Shown here: positions 13,943 to 27,762 of the stretch, in pieces
Numbering within the stretch: the stretch's first letter is position 1
Layout: the number at the start of each line of letters is the position of its first letter
Origin: Mytilus trossulus
Lineage: Eukaryota
Direction of reading: 5' to 3'
Assembly: GCF_036588685.1 (NCBI RefSeq)
Contig: NC_086376.1
Coordinates: 73,201,630-73,265,629, forward strand
Length of the DNA stretch: 64,000 nucleotides
The notes under the pieces: model-generated
Told to the model about the DNA's origin: nothing
Database searches by the model: none
What the model saw: only the letters and a program-made list of their open reading frames with translations
Position numbers and translations under genes: made by a program

Positions 13943-14078
13943 ACCGACCAGATAAAGAACTGAAAGGTGACTGGAAACAAGGGAAAGGAAAACGAGTGAG
14001 GACCATCTTTACTCCAGAACAACTCGAGAAACTAGAGGCTGAATTTGAGAAGCAACAGTACATGGTCGGCACTGAAAG
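13943..14078 (+). CDS. noto: Not/Noto homeobox exon 2 (homeodomain N-half KRVRTIFTPEQLEKLEAEFEKQQYMVGTER)
   Basis: Acceptor TTTCTAG|, donor AG|GTGAGT; missing from the ORF track; KRVRTIF and QQYMVG are characteristic of the Not family. Confidence 0.9.
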
Positions 14079-14705
14079 GTGAGTCAATGTTAAAGTGTTG
14101 ACTGTTTACATTTGCGTGTGTCCTTATGATAAGTCTTGTACTATATATTCCTTTTTATTGTCTCGATCATGTAACAACTGTGCTTTGGCTTTGTGCTGAT
14201 GTTTACTTTCTATCGCGTTCTCTTGTTTGTGCTGACGCAATATTTCTTTCATATATACATGTACATGCATAATTTTGTAAATTTCTGTGCCAATTGGTCT
14301 TGTGAAAAGTTGTCTCATTGGCAATCATACGACATCTTCTTTTTTTTTTATATATTATTAGGATTAGAGTTTTATTGGTATTGTTGAATTGGTGTGTCAT
14401 TGAATACTTGAGTATAACTGAAAACTCCTGTTATTTATTTTCGAATACACATATAATTAGCAGAAAAAGGAGAATATTGATACTCCGAGAACAACAATGA
14501 TGAAAGATACATGCAAAAGTTTCGGTACAAATGTTAAAATTCATATTCCGTTTAAAATAATATAAATGAATAAGTTCCACGAACCATATATAATACTGCT
14601 AACAATTAGAAAATCAAACGAATCAATAAACGTTTAAAATCAGGACTAGTAAAGGACTTCTGATAATACCTATTCACGCACATATGATAAAATGTCATTT
14701 CAATT

Positions 14706-16053
<1,348 letters not shown>

Positions 16054-18109
16054 TGAAGAATGTGATATTTAGATGCGTATATTTATCTTCAATAATGGTA
16101 GTAGCATAACTACCCTGTATACTGTAAAATGATATTATGAGACCAGAACCGGCCGAGAATATCAGCTGAGTGTGTTTGGTAACCTGACGTTAACTGTGAT
16201 CGTTATTCAAGATTTGTTTACTGTGTAAATCTTTTAACTGTAAATTAAACCTTAATAGTGCTATAAAATATGTAATGACAGAATGAATGAGACTGAAAGA
16301 TTATTTAAAACTTAGATTTATAATTGTTGTTGAAATAATAAATTAAAATGATTTTGAACATTGTAGTTGTTTCCCTTAAACTGTCTTTACTAATTTGAAC
16401 GCACTATAACGAAAGCCTGTAAGGTTAAATGTACTCATTTCTTATATCATGTGGACCAGAATTAAGTCTTGGAGCTTTTTTTCTCCACCGTTCTTTGTTT
16501 CTAACGAATGCTACTTTTTCGATATACTCGCATATGGTGATGAAAACAACATGATAAACATCATACCAGGTTAGGTTGGAAGTAAAGCATAATACAGTTG
16601 TAACATGCTTCTTTTTACATCAGAAAATGCTATGTTAATATATTGAACTGTGTAATTCAACATTCTTAACATTAATGCATGAAAGGTTTGATGTAACAGA
16701 CCAATTTAAATGTGTTTACCGGTAGACAAATTTGAAGTATCAAATAAGTTCTTAAAACATCTACGTTTCTTTTTCATGAATTTTCTTTAGGATCTCATTT
16801 CCATAAATAAACAGTAAGATGGTGCTGACATTAATTTGTTTATTGGTCTTTTATTTGGATAATGACCAGCATGGAACACAGTCTTTAACATTATTGAATG
16901 ATTGTACACTTAAGTTTGCTTCTAATGTGGTTCCACGGCAACAAAAAACAATAATGTCTTCATTTAACGAGAAATAATGAAAATGAAGTGTCTGGTTCTG
17001 TGGACATAATTAAAACATCACTCAATAACGTAGAACTAATGATCAGGGTCTTTGACGGATCAGCTAATTTCCCGCGTTAAATATGGTCGCCATGTCAGCC
17101 ATTTCATTTGACGTTTTTAATAAAGACGATTAATGACAATGAGGCTGCACACTCCTGTTAATTCATTTACATGCTAGACGACTTAACTTTCCATTATTTA
17201 GACGTCTAGCGACATTACAGAGACAGAGACAGTAGCAAGGCTCAAGTAGATAATATTGATAAATGTCAGATGTAAACAAGGACATTTTGCACGCATTTTA
17301 AATTAAAAGAAGGAAATTGTAAGTTTAGAAATTGCGAATTCGTTCTTTACAATTGAAGACATATGAAGGTTTTATTTAAAGACAACGTATGAACTTTTGG
17401 TATTAGAATTCAAGTTATCGCTCGCTAAAATAATAAGCTTACATTGTGATTATTTACAATTGAATTGATGAGTTTCTTGTCGAAATATACATTTTACCTT
17501 CATATCGTTCTTTTGGCCCAACTTGGTTTTTTTTCTCTCAAGAAAACGAACGCGGATACATTAAGTATATAAAACAATCTTTTTGTTTTGTAAACATAGA
17601 AGTAGTTAACTGCTTTCTTATATCATACTATGTATAAATTGTCACTTTATGTGGTAACGCCGGGTCTAATAAAATCGAAAATTATAATATTTTTTTTCAC
17701 TGCCGACAAGCACATATCGTCTTAGGTTTTTCATCCTTGGTCGGCGGGATAACATCAGATTTGTACTTTGTATGAATAAACGTATAAATACTCTGCAACG
17801 TCCCGGGTCTGTATTTTAGTTGGATTTATTTCTGCTTAGGCCACACCAATTTGATTACTTGTTCGACGGACCCGCGCGCACGTGTTTTTTTCTAAACAGA
17901 AAAAAAATATTTTTTTTATTTTCCCGCTTCCCGCATCCGGAAACAAAATCGTGTCTTTTTCCCGCATCGGTTTTTTCGAAAAAATTTATAAAAACTCAAT
18001 TAAATCGCCAAAGTGTTTTAGTCCACGGCAAATCGCAATGATTTTACTGTTTATATCTAAAACACAGATTTCTTATCACAGTCAAAAACAAATAATTTCA
18101 ACAAGTATC

Positions 18110-21100
18110 ATGCCGATTTTTGTGGTAAGAATTAAGGACTCACAAGGAGGGGAGGTGTTGCCGTCCACGGCAATATCGTTTGCCGGTGGCAGTTTTGTTG
18201 AACTCTTTACGTATTGCGTCGGAATTAAAAAACTCAGCCTTTCATCTGACAATGTAACAGCAGTGTACTTGAAAGAGAGTATGAAGTCAGACCACATAGC
18301 GGCCGATAACGCTGACATGGACGTTTTGGATCTAACCACAGCATTGGGTTGTAAGTTTGTTGAGTATATTATACGTAGATCTGCATGTCCTGAATCTAGC
18401 ACTTGTACTAATATTATAAATAACATTGCTTCAGCTTCAAATAATTTACCCAGTAGGCCTAGCACAAATGCATTTAGTATACTTATGGGGAATAGGTGTA
18501 AAGTTGTTTTACCAGACAAACCTAAGACAGATGGTGCCAAGAAACTTTCTGGCCCTCAAAGACTTTTATGTCATGTAATTGACCTAATGGAGTCCAAAGG
18601 ATGTGGCTGGACTGTAGATTGCCTGGATACAGCTAACTTTGTTGCAAAGTCATTAAGAGACACATTGTGGTACATCGACCATGCCCATAAAAAACTATCA
18701 GATAGTGCTTGTCATGTTCCAAAGATCTTTGATAAATTTCAGGGTTATAATGAGTTCAAAAAGATACATCATCGACCCCCCATCATCACATCTCAAAGAT
18801 TAAATGAGCTCTCTGTTGACTTGTCAAAATCATTATCATTTCCCTCCATTTTATCTTCAAGGAATAAAAAATTCAGTGATGACATAGAACAACTTCTGGA
18901 ATGCATAACTAAATACAAAACACGTTTAGACAAGGACAATATTCAACATAAAGAGTCGTATCAGTCAGGTGACACACCAAGGCGTTCTCTTGAATCCGAT
19001 ACATCTTTGAAATACATACCTCCAACTACTGAGAGTCGTGAGTCCTATGGAACATTACAATCTGACCTTAATAAAATTGATGACTATAGATTTGTTGACC
19101 TTGATAAATATGCACCTGAAGATAGGGTTAAAAGAAGGATGTTCATAAAAAATCTAGAAATTGAAGTACCCATAATGTTGTATAGAATGGCTTATGGTGG
19201 CTCCATTGGAACCTTAAATTTTATATGGAAGGTACCAGAGGAACAGAGTAGTTATCGTGAAACAAGAAATGTCAAAATTGTAAATAAGATAAACGCAACA
19301 TTGCCCAAGTTTTCCACTAGGTCTATGCGCAGAGATTTTTTAAACAGATATTGTAAACTTGTAAAATCACCTAGGTCTGTATTGAGAAATATTTTTTTTG
19401 AGTTAACTGGTTGTGAAGCTGTATCTGAAACCAAGGAGCAAGCAGAAGTTGATGAGCGCGTAACTGAACTATTGCTTAATAGTGATGATTCAAACCTACT
19501 CCTTGATTATAGGACACTGAATGGAAAAGATATTGATACCAAATTTGGGACATTTTTCGAGGAAATGGGTAAATTTTTTGATGAACAGATTCTTCAGGTA
19601 AATGAAAGGCGACGAGGTCAGGAGCTATATTTACCAATGGCTATCTCATTGGAAGATCTAAGAAACCAGATCGTGAAACGATTGCCTAATGACACACCTA
19701 TACCTTGTACAGAAACTATAAGATTACAATTCCAACCAAACAGCGCTTTTCAAAAATCAGCATTAAAATACTCATGTAGATTTAATGTAAAATTCCGTGT
19801 TCAGACAAGACAAGCAAGAGTTTCGCACCCAGATGCAAGATATGTTGCCACATCATTAAAATATCTCAAAGAGTTCTGTGTAAAAAACAGGAAGTATTCC
19901 ACATTTGTTTGTTTAGATGACAAAGCTATTGTTCCGGTTGGAGAACCTGGTGTACCAATTAGCACTGGAGTTCGTGGTCACAACAAAGTGCTTGCTCCAG
20001 CAGATGGTCCGAAATTAGTAGCCACAGATCACGATTTTCATCTTGGTGGCCTTGTTCCCTCTGTGGCTTTTGTAAGCGATATTCCAAAGAACTCAAATGA
20101 TAGCTTCTTCAATGGACATATATATGTTACAACTAAAGATAAAGTTTTCCAAGCATCTACACCTTATCGTCATGCAACTGAGCTAACAAGAATTTTAAGA
20201 GAGAACTACTCTGATGATGATGTCAATCTAGAAACACCCATACTATGTTTAATGACAGATGGAGGTCCTGATCATAGGGTAACTTTCGGGACTGTCCAGC
20301 TATCACTGATTCAGCTATTTATCGCATTAGATCTAGATATGCTCATAGCATTAAGAACAGCACCGAATCACAGCTGGATGAATCCAGCAGAGCGTTGTAT
20401 GTCAATTTTAAATTTATCCCTGCAACATTGTGCACTTTCAAGGAAAGAGATGCCTGAGACCTTTGAAAAAGCAGTTAAACACAAGTCCACTCTTACAGCT
20501 GTCAGAAACTTGGCCTTCATAAAAACTGGGTTCAGAGAGGCTTATGATGAATCTATCAAAAGTGTTATTGATATAGTTAACTCTAGATTTGAGAGGATGA
20601 GATTTAAGGATGATTACCTCACAACTTATAAAGGAGTCACAGAAAACCAGATCATGGATGCTCTTGAAGTGGTTTGCCAGGTCTTGAATAAAGAATTAAA
20701 GGTAGACATGTCTAGTGGAGAATTGCGCAAGGTTAAACAAGTGCAGGTAATTTTTGAAGCGTTTTCTCATAGAGAAGATTTTTATATACCTGTCATTTAC
20801 TAGGGATGCGTTGCAGAAAAATGATAAAACACGGACTAGACTGTCCCTTACATTGTTATTAACAGTGTAAATTTATATTTTATATATATATATATAATAC
20901 TTGATACATGTACAGTATATGAGTAGACCAAATAGTAATTTAATTTATAGATTCTCATCTACATGACCAGAACAAAATGATGCAAGTTGCAGTCTAACTT
21001 TTATTGATTTGGTGCCAATTGCTTTAAATATTGTCATTAATTAAATAGCTTATTAATTGATGATTGAATACAGTTTATTTTCAAATTTGGATGTAAAAAT

Positions 21101-23550
21101 GATGGATAGGGATGAGAATCTACATATTAAATTGATTTTATAGCTTTATGCTTCTTTTAAATAGTATAGTATAACTAAATAAACATGACATTAAATAGCT
21201 AGTGTAATATACCCATATCTTTAGCACTGCATTCATGTATACACTCTTTATGTCATACAATCATATATGTCAGGCATGTGATCCAACATTTTATTCATAT
21301 ATACATTTTATACATGTACTGCATATTATATTGATCACTTCTGTTAAGATTTAAGATGCTTATATATAATACTACTATGCGTTCATACCATATACAGCTC
21401 ATGCAGCTCACACTTCTAATTTACTATCACAACAAACCGCAAAATATGTTATTTGATGTCAATAGTCTAGGATAAGATAATTAAAAAAAACAAAAACAAT
21501 ACTGATACTTGTACTTTAGACTTATGATACTCAATTGTTTTGTTCAATGGCAACATGCATAAAAATACATGAACAAAATAAAAGTTCAATCATCTTTTTT
21601 AAAAAGATGTTCTTGAATTCTCATATTCAACACCATTTTTATTTCTATAAAATTATCATTGAGTTCCCAAGGGTCACCTCTGACTGCTTATACTTATCTA
21701 GATAGGTTAGTTACTCTAAGACTTTAATATGCACATTGTTCATGCTACCTATTTATGTTTCATTTGAATAATATGAGGTTTTTTTCTTTACACAACTTCA
21801 GGATTTTATAGCCCGGCATGGAAGGAGCAGTCATTATGCATTCCAGCTGAAAAAGTGCAATGATTGTCCTTACTGTGAAATCAACCCCCCAAGGATACCA
21901 GAGGACAAATTTCAGGACCTGCATTTCCTACCCAACCCTGTGCCTGGAGAAAACAACCAATATAAGTCTTTCTCAGAGGTCAGTAAAGGATGTACATGTA
22001 GTTAAGAATATGTGACAAGGACTACATTCATGATCTTACATGATTAAAAAAAAAAGTATAAACATGATAAATACATGTCAGAAAGACAGCAATTCACAAC
22101 TTTCAAAGAAAATATATAAGAAACTAAACTATGTGTGATTTGTTTTTCTGGATTAACCTTCATCAGACATACATGTACTAATGGTCAATTCCTATTGACA
22201 CAGCAAACCTAAACTTAATATAGTCTCATGTCAGACAATGTCAATGTTTTAACAACAAAAGAAATAACACAATATGACAGTATTATACTATAAAGTAATC
22301 TGACAAAGGGTTCTTGTATTTATGAATATCCTAAGTAAAATAATTTCATACTGCACCAACTTGTCAATGCATTATTTATCCATGCCAAGAAATTAGCTTT
22401 TCTATGAAGTAAATTCATTTTATATATTACAGCTTTATGGACAAAATACTGGAGAGGAACAACACAGACCGGGGGCGGCACATAAAGCAGAAGAGAATGA
22501 AAATGATAAACAACGTAGAGATTTATTCAAAAACAACAAAGTCCGAGAAGTAATTTTGTGCAGTGAATGCTCAAAACCACGCTGTATTTTCAGTGAAAAG
22601 AAATTGTCCAGGGAACAGGTATTATACCTTTCATACTGCAGGTGTTTTTTTTACATCGATGACACCTATAATATAATCATCAGAATATTTTTATACATTC
22701 TTAAGATGTATAGATGTCCTACAAGGTCTTTACATATACACAATATAAAAAAAAATTGTGGTATGAGACATCTCTTTTCATTGAAGGGACCAAATGACAC
22801 AGAAATTATTAATTGTAGAACACTACAGTCTTCAACAATGAGCAAGGCCCATAACACATAGTCAGTACAAATGTAACTTTACACAAGGTTTTTCAATAAC
22901 CAATTGTATTAAACCATATGTCTTGGTTCTCTGACTTGGTTAAGGTTTTAATGTTTTCATATCTCTGACTCAGTAACAAGGTGACAAAGACTTCAAAGTA
23001 ATTCTTGCATACAAAAAACTGGGTTCGTATTTAATGAAGATTCTCTATGTTTAATATAATGTTTTACATGTTATTTATTCTTAATATTATAGAAGAGATT
23101 TGTTCTTTTTTTAGTATGTGTAAGCTTTACTATGATATACTGGTATTCTTAGGATGTGGTCAATTATAAAGCATTGTGATATTTTCATTTCAATTTTTAT
23201 CATTTCAGGATGAACTGATTCTCAGATTAAAAGAAGATTCCTTTTACACATGTGGTGGGGCTTTGGTCCAAGATGACTCAGAAACTGTTGACATTGTTGT
23301 TAGAGAGGCACTGGCATGTAATTCACCAATTGAAACGACATATTACAGTGCCTCACTAAAGCACTATCTTCCCCCTGTGTGTGTTCATTGCGGAACAGCT
23401 GAGGACCTCCTAGATGATAATAACCCGTATATATCAGCACTCTACGAACAATATTCTGTCGTACGACCTCTATGTGAAGTGTGTAGAAATTCAGGAAAGG
23501 ACACAAAAACATGGGGAAAAAAATTTGTTGGGAAAAAGGCAAAGCATTAA
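18110..23550 (+). CDS. Zator-type DD43E transposase, 4 exons: 18110-20746, 21802-21978, 22433-22618, 23209-23550 (~1,113 aa)
   Basis: Motifs CLDDKAIVPVG, DHDF, TDGGPDH and APNHSWMNPAERCMS; three GT-AG phase-0 introns join in frame; Cys-rich C-terminus. The start could instead be ATG 18038. Confidence 0.85.
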
Positions 23551-23727
23551 CTTTGTAAGCTGGGGCATCCATTGTGTAAATTTGTTTGATATCAGAGATA
23601 AATTAAACAATTGCACTCATTTAGATATTTTTTATTCTGCATGTAAATTATACCATTGGTTTTCCTATTTGAATTGGTTAACACTAGTAATTGTTGGGCC
23701 CTTTTAGTTTGCTGTTTCGTATGAGAC

Positions 23728-23870
23728 TAGGCTTTGGATTGAATGCTGTATGTTGACATATATAATAGTTAACTTTAAATACATTGTATTGTACTTTGTC
23801 TAGGCTTTGGATTGAAGGCTGTATGTTGACAAATAATTGTTAACTTTAAATACATTGTATTGTACTTTGA
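23728..23870. repeat. ~72-bp tandem duplication inside the transposon 3' region
   Basis: CTAGGCTTTGGATTGAA.GCTGTATGTTGACA..TAACTTTAAATACATTGTATTGTACTTT x2; present in all three TE copies. Confidence 0.8.
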
Positions 23871-24562
23871 TTGAGAGTTGTCTCATTGGCACTTGTACTA
23901 CATCCTATTTATATCAACAGGACAAAAAGATAACACCAAAAACAATGGAGACACAGAAAACCAACATTTAATACAAAAAAAATGAAAGTACAACCATTAA
24001 TGAACAGCATGAACCCCAAAAACTGGGTAAACTCAGGTTTTCGGAAAGGATGAACAGTTCCTGCTTCTTGCAAGACACTGCTGTGTTTCTAGCGGCATCA
24101 TGTAGATAATTTATAAGGCAGTTGAAGTTATTCATTTATTCAGTTCAAGATCTGATATCATCATGATCATCAAAAAGTAATGGTATTAAATACAAGAAGT
24201 CATAAATATGCTGAAATAAAATGTGAGGCAGTTGAGAAATTTAGCAAATATCAATGTAAAAGTGGTAATTCTAGTTTCAAACCATTTTATTTTTGTCAGA
24301 ACCTTTGATTTTATGTTTACAAAAAAAAAGTTAATCGCTCGCCTCTACTTTTTAAGCTTCGCCTCAAAAAATTTCAATTTCATTTTTTTTTTATTAAAAT
24401 TTTCAAATCGCTCGCTCGCCCCAATTTCTGGAGTGGAAAAATCCGTAGAACAAGAAATTAAATTGGTGTGGCCTTAGTATCGTTCTAATGAGTTAAGCCT
24501 TTTTCAACTTTTTTTTTATTATATTTTTGAAACTATATTTATTTCGATTTGGAATATCTTCG

Positions 24563-24631
24563 CTAGCCAAAAGTAACGATCAGCTCCCCTCCTCCTGGAG
24601 AGGAGGATAGTGGATCGTAACCCTTGGCTAG
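24563..24631. repeat. 69-nt GC-rich foldback (also at 38882-38950)
   Basis: CTAGCCAA..GTAACGATC..CCTCCTC / GAGGAGG..GATCGTAAC..TTGGCTAG. Confidence 0.6.
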
Positions 24632-25784
24632 AACGCGGGTGCACTCCAGATATAAAAATTGTTTACATGCTACACACAAGATTTTCAAATATTTTCCATA
24701 TACAATTGCAAACTGTTGGAATACAGGTATATAGAAGCTGCACGGTAGATCTAAAATTGTTTACATGTTACAACTCAACCAGCTAGCTGAAGTTCAAACA
24801 TAAAATCATCCCCTTTCCTAGAAATTTGACAAATGTTCTAAGGTCTTCAAGACGGAAGGACAGACTGATGTAGTCGAATGGCGTTAGCAACGCAGGTGCA
24901 AATTGTAATCAGTCAGCTATGAGTTATGGCTCTTTGGTCGACGATCAAAACCCTCCTAGTTGGCAAAAAGTGTTTAAAATTCATAAATTTCAGTAAATTG
25001 TCATATTTTTGATCCATTTTGCAACATTTTTAAAGTATCATTCCCTTCCTTTATGCCTGAAGATATTGAGTTGAACATCTCATCATCTGTTATTCTTTGA
25101 AAGCTTTTCATTATTAAATCTCTATGGTATTTTTTTCTATATCATTCATAATCATTGTATTACATATCTGTGCTGTTATGGGAATAACACTGTTCTCATA
25201 TATACATCACAATTCGAAAACGTTTCTAATTCTTTCTACATTGCTGAATTGAATGTAAAGAAAGTAAGTATCTTTACATATACCTATATACACGTATCTT
25301 AAAAATTAGTAATAACCCGATTTTTATCAAAAATTTCTTAAGTGTTCTTTTTTTTCAAATTCACAAATCAATCAGACAACGTTAACCATAGATAGACTTC
25401 AAAAAGGTATGACAATAATACCAAACGCCAAGGCAAATTAAAAAATAGGGGGAAGGCCATAAAAGTTTACTGACAAAATCAAAAGCAAACGTGACTTTAT
25501 AAACTTTAAAATAAGAATTTACAACTGTCACCGGATTTGTACTTACCGATCCCCGAAATTAAAATACAGTCTGTTAATTGCGTCAATTTAACTTTTGAAC
25601 AGCCGTATACTACAGTTGAATTTATTTACACTAAATCCATCATCGAATGTTGGATGTGTACTGATTGATATTTATGTCTTAGATACATGTTATTGACTTT
25701 GAATTATGCTGTTAGAAACTGCAAGTACTCTCAGACTTGTACTTTGTGTTTCTTTATTGTTTGAGACCGATATATTCTGATGAG

Positions 25785-26058
25785 TTAAGTTTGTACCCAA
25801 CACCTTCACTAAAATTAATTTGGCTCGTTCATAAAATTTCAACAAAGTATTTACTTTGACCCTTTGACAAAAATATAAAAATTTCAAAAAATTTAAACCA
25901 ACCAATTTATCAGAAAAATTACACTGGTTATATAGCAGTTTGACAAACAATAATTTTGATCATTGAGAAGCTTAATATTCCCTCAACAACACAACGGAAT
26001 TAAAACGTTTAGCTGATTTTACAGAGTTATCTCCCTGTAGTGTTAGGTACCACCTTAA
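25785..26058. mobile_element. TTAA-flanked MITE (Kolobok/piggyBac-type target), also at 40104-40377
   Basis: TTAAGTTTGTACCCAACAC / GTGTTAGGTACCACCTTAA; it interrupts the repeat CTGATGAG-TTAA-(T)GCTTTTTCA, which is uninterrupted at ~24487. Confidence 0.7.
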
Positions 26059-26445
26059 TGCTTTTTCACCTGATATTTATAGGTTGTTATCAAATTGTAA
26101 TAAGTTATCAAAGGTACCAGGAATGATTATAATTCAATACGCCAGACGTGCGTTCAGTGACGCTCAGATCAAACAATTATAAAGCCAAACAAGTACAATG
26201 TTGAAGAGCATTTAGGATAAAAAATTCCAAAAGTTGTGCCAAATACGACTTAGGTTGTTCTGAAGCACCACTGTCTCAGAGTTTGTCCAAAGCCATGATG
26301 AGGTAGTTCAGTGGTTTTTGTTGGTTTATGTATGTAATATGTGTTTTTCGTAAATTATTTTGATATAAATTAGACTATACGATATTGTTGAAGGCTTTAA
26401 GATTGTATTGATTGCTTACATTCACTTCATTTGAACTTTGGTGGG

Positions 26446-26804
26446 TAACGTGACGGTACCTAATTTGCACCTATTTTATCATTTTTCTCTCACCTTTTTG
26501 TATGATCTAGACAAAAGTTTCCATGTTGTGTTTTTTATAGATGTATTATTGTTTACTATATAATCACAGCAATTCAATTTTGAATCCATATTGAATCATA
26601 CCCTAATTGCATCCATGTTTAAATTTACACACTTAAAAATTGCATAACAAATGTTATTTCCTTTTCTTCAAATATTTAGAACAATTTGACATTAGTCCAT
26701 GTATATGTATATATAAATATTAAGTGTTAAGTCCCAAATAAAAACGTGTAAGATTTCTACAGCTATTTTTGTGGAATAGGTGCAATTTAGGTACTGTAAC
26801 GTTA
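26446..26804. mobile_element. TA-flanked MITE with ~30-bp TIR, also at 40765-41123
   Basis: TAACGTGACGGTACCTAATTTGCACCTATT / AATAGGTGCAATTTAGGTACTGTAACGTTA; inserted into a copy of the dispersed repeat. Confidence 0.75.
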
Positions 26805-27762
26805 GTTGTATTGTTGGTAACCATACCAAAATCTTCTTAATTTCATAAAGCTTACACAATATCATTGTGAATAAATTACTAATTGTTTTTTGTTGTTATT
26901 GCTATTTTTTGTATTTCTTGTCAAAGATGATGATTAGTGCAGCTTTAAAAATATATTAGAACCAATGATCATGGTTATGTACATTTTATTATAATAAGCA
27001 TAGAAATGTTATCATATGATAGAAAAAAGCTAAGATTTTGGCAATCAAACAAGAAAAGACAAGGTATCACAGCAATTATGATTGCCAAACAAATGCAGTG
27101 ACAAGATAGCATTTGATGACAGAAAAATAAACGCAATTAAGATCATTATATTTCTTGGCCTAAAGATCTTCTAAAAGTGTGGACTGCATCTGTAAAATTT
27201 TTGGACAATGACACTCACTGTTTTCTAATTGCTCTTTTTTTTTAAAGTTGAAATATTGATATATTCCCTCTGTGTAAATCAGATGTAATCTACTCATATA
27301 ATCAAGACTAACGTTTCTTAGATAGAAGAGTATAACATTGCATCGAATACATATACACTAATAGGGTTCAAATTCGACTACAAAAGTCCTTGTCGAAGTC
27401 TTATCGAACTAAAAGTACTGTTCTATTTATAACACGAGTAACCTTGAAATAAGGTTTATTGTAATCCTTCAATAGATTTAAAAGAACAGAATGTTATCGA
27501 ATTAAGTTTACATGTAAAGATCAGGGTTAAATGAAATAGTCCTGATGATGTGCCGTGTAGCAGTTCAATTTTCGTTTTTGAAAAAGTCCATAAAAGTATA
27601 CATATAAATTGCTATCTGGGTTATATTTGGTGTTGGATTTATAGCCATATCTGAAGACCTATAGCTGGATTATAAAGAGACTTTAAGCTATAAAAATAAG
27701 GCATACAATATAAGTATAATTTAATTAATGAGTCATTTAAATTTAATTCAACAATAAAATAT

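Larger units (their letters stand above)
17839..24473 (+). mobile_element. Autonomous DNA transposon copy 1, Zator superfamily-like, 6,635 bp
   Basis: 32-bp TIR GGCCACACCAATTT(g/a)ATT(a/t)CTTGTTC(g/t)ACGGA with 3 mismatches; TSD TTA at 17836-38 and 24474-76; encodes a DDE transposase. Confidence 0.9.

Noticed and set aside
17882-18109. N-terminal 76 aa of the 973-aa ORF
   Set aside because: Begins at a non-ATG codon inside the subterminal repeats, 43 bp from the element end; probably promoter or UTR
18082-18540. Antisense 152-aa ORF and other short ORFs in the TE (19252, 23300, 23414, 24223 and copies)
   Set aside because: Shadows of the transposase frame or low-complexity AT-rich sequence; no motifs
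17839-24473. PIF/Harbinger assignment (TWA TSD, GG termini)
   Set aside because: A single gene with no separate Myb/SANT ORF; the DDKA, DHDF, DGGPD and NPAER motifs fit Zator/TP36-type rather than Harbinger transposases
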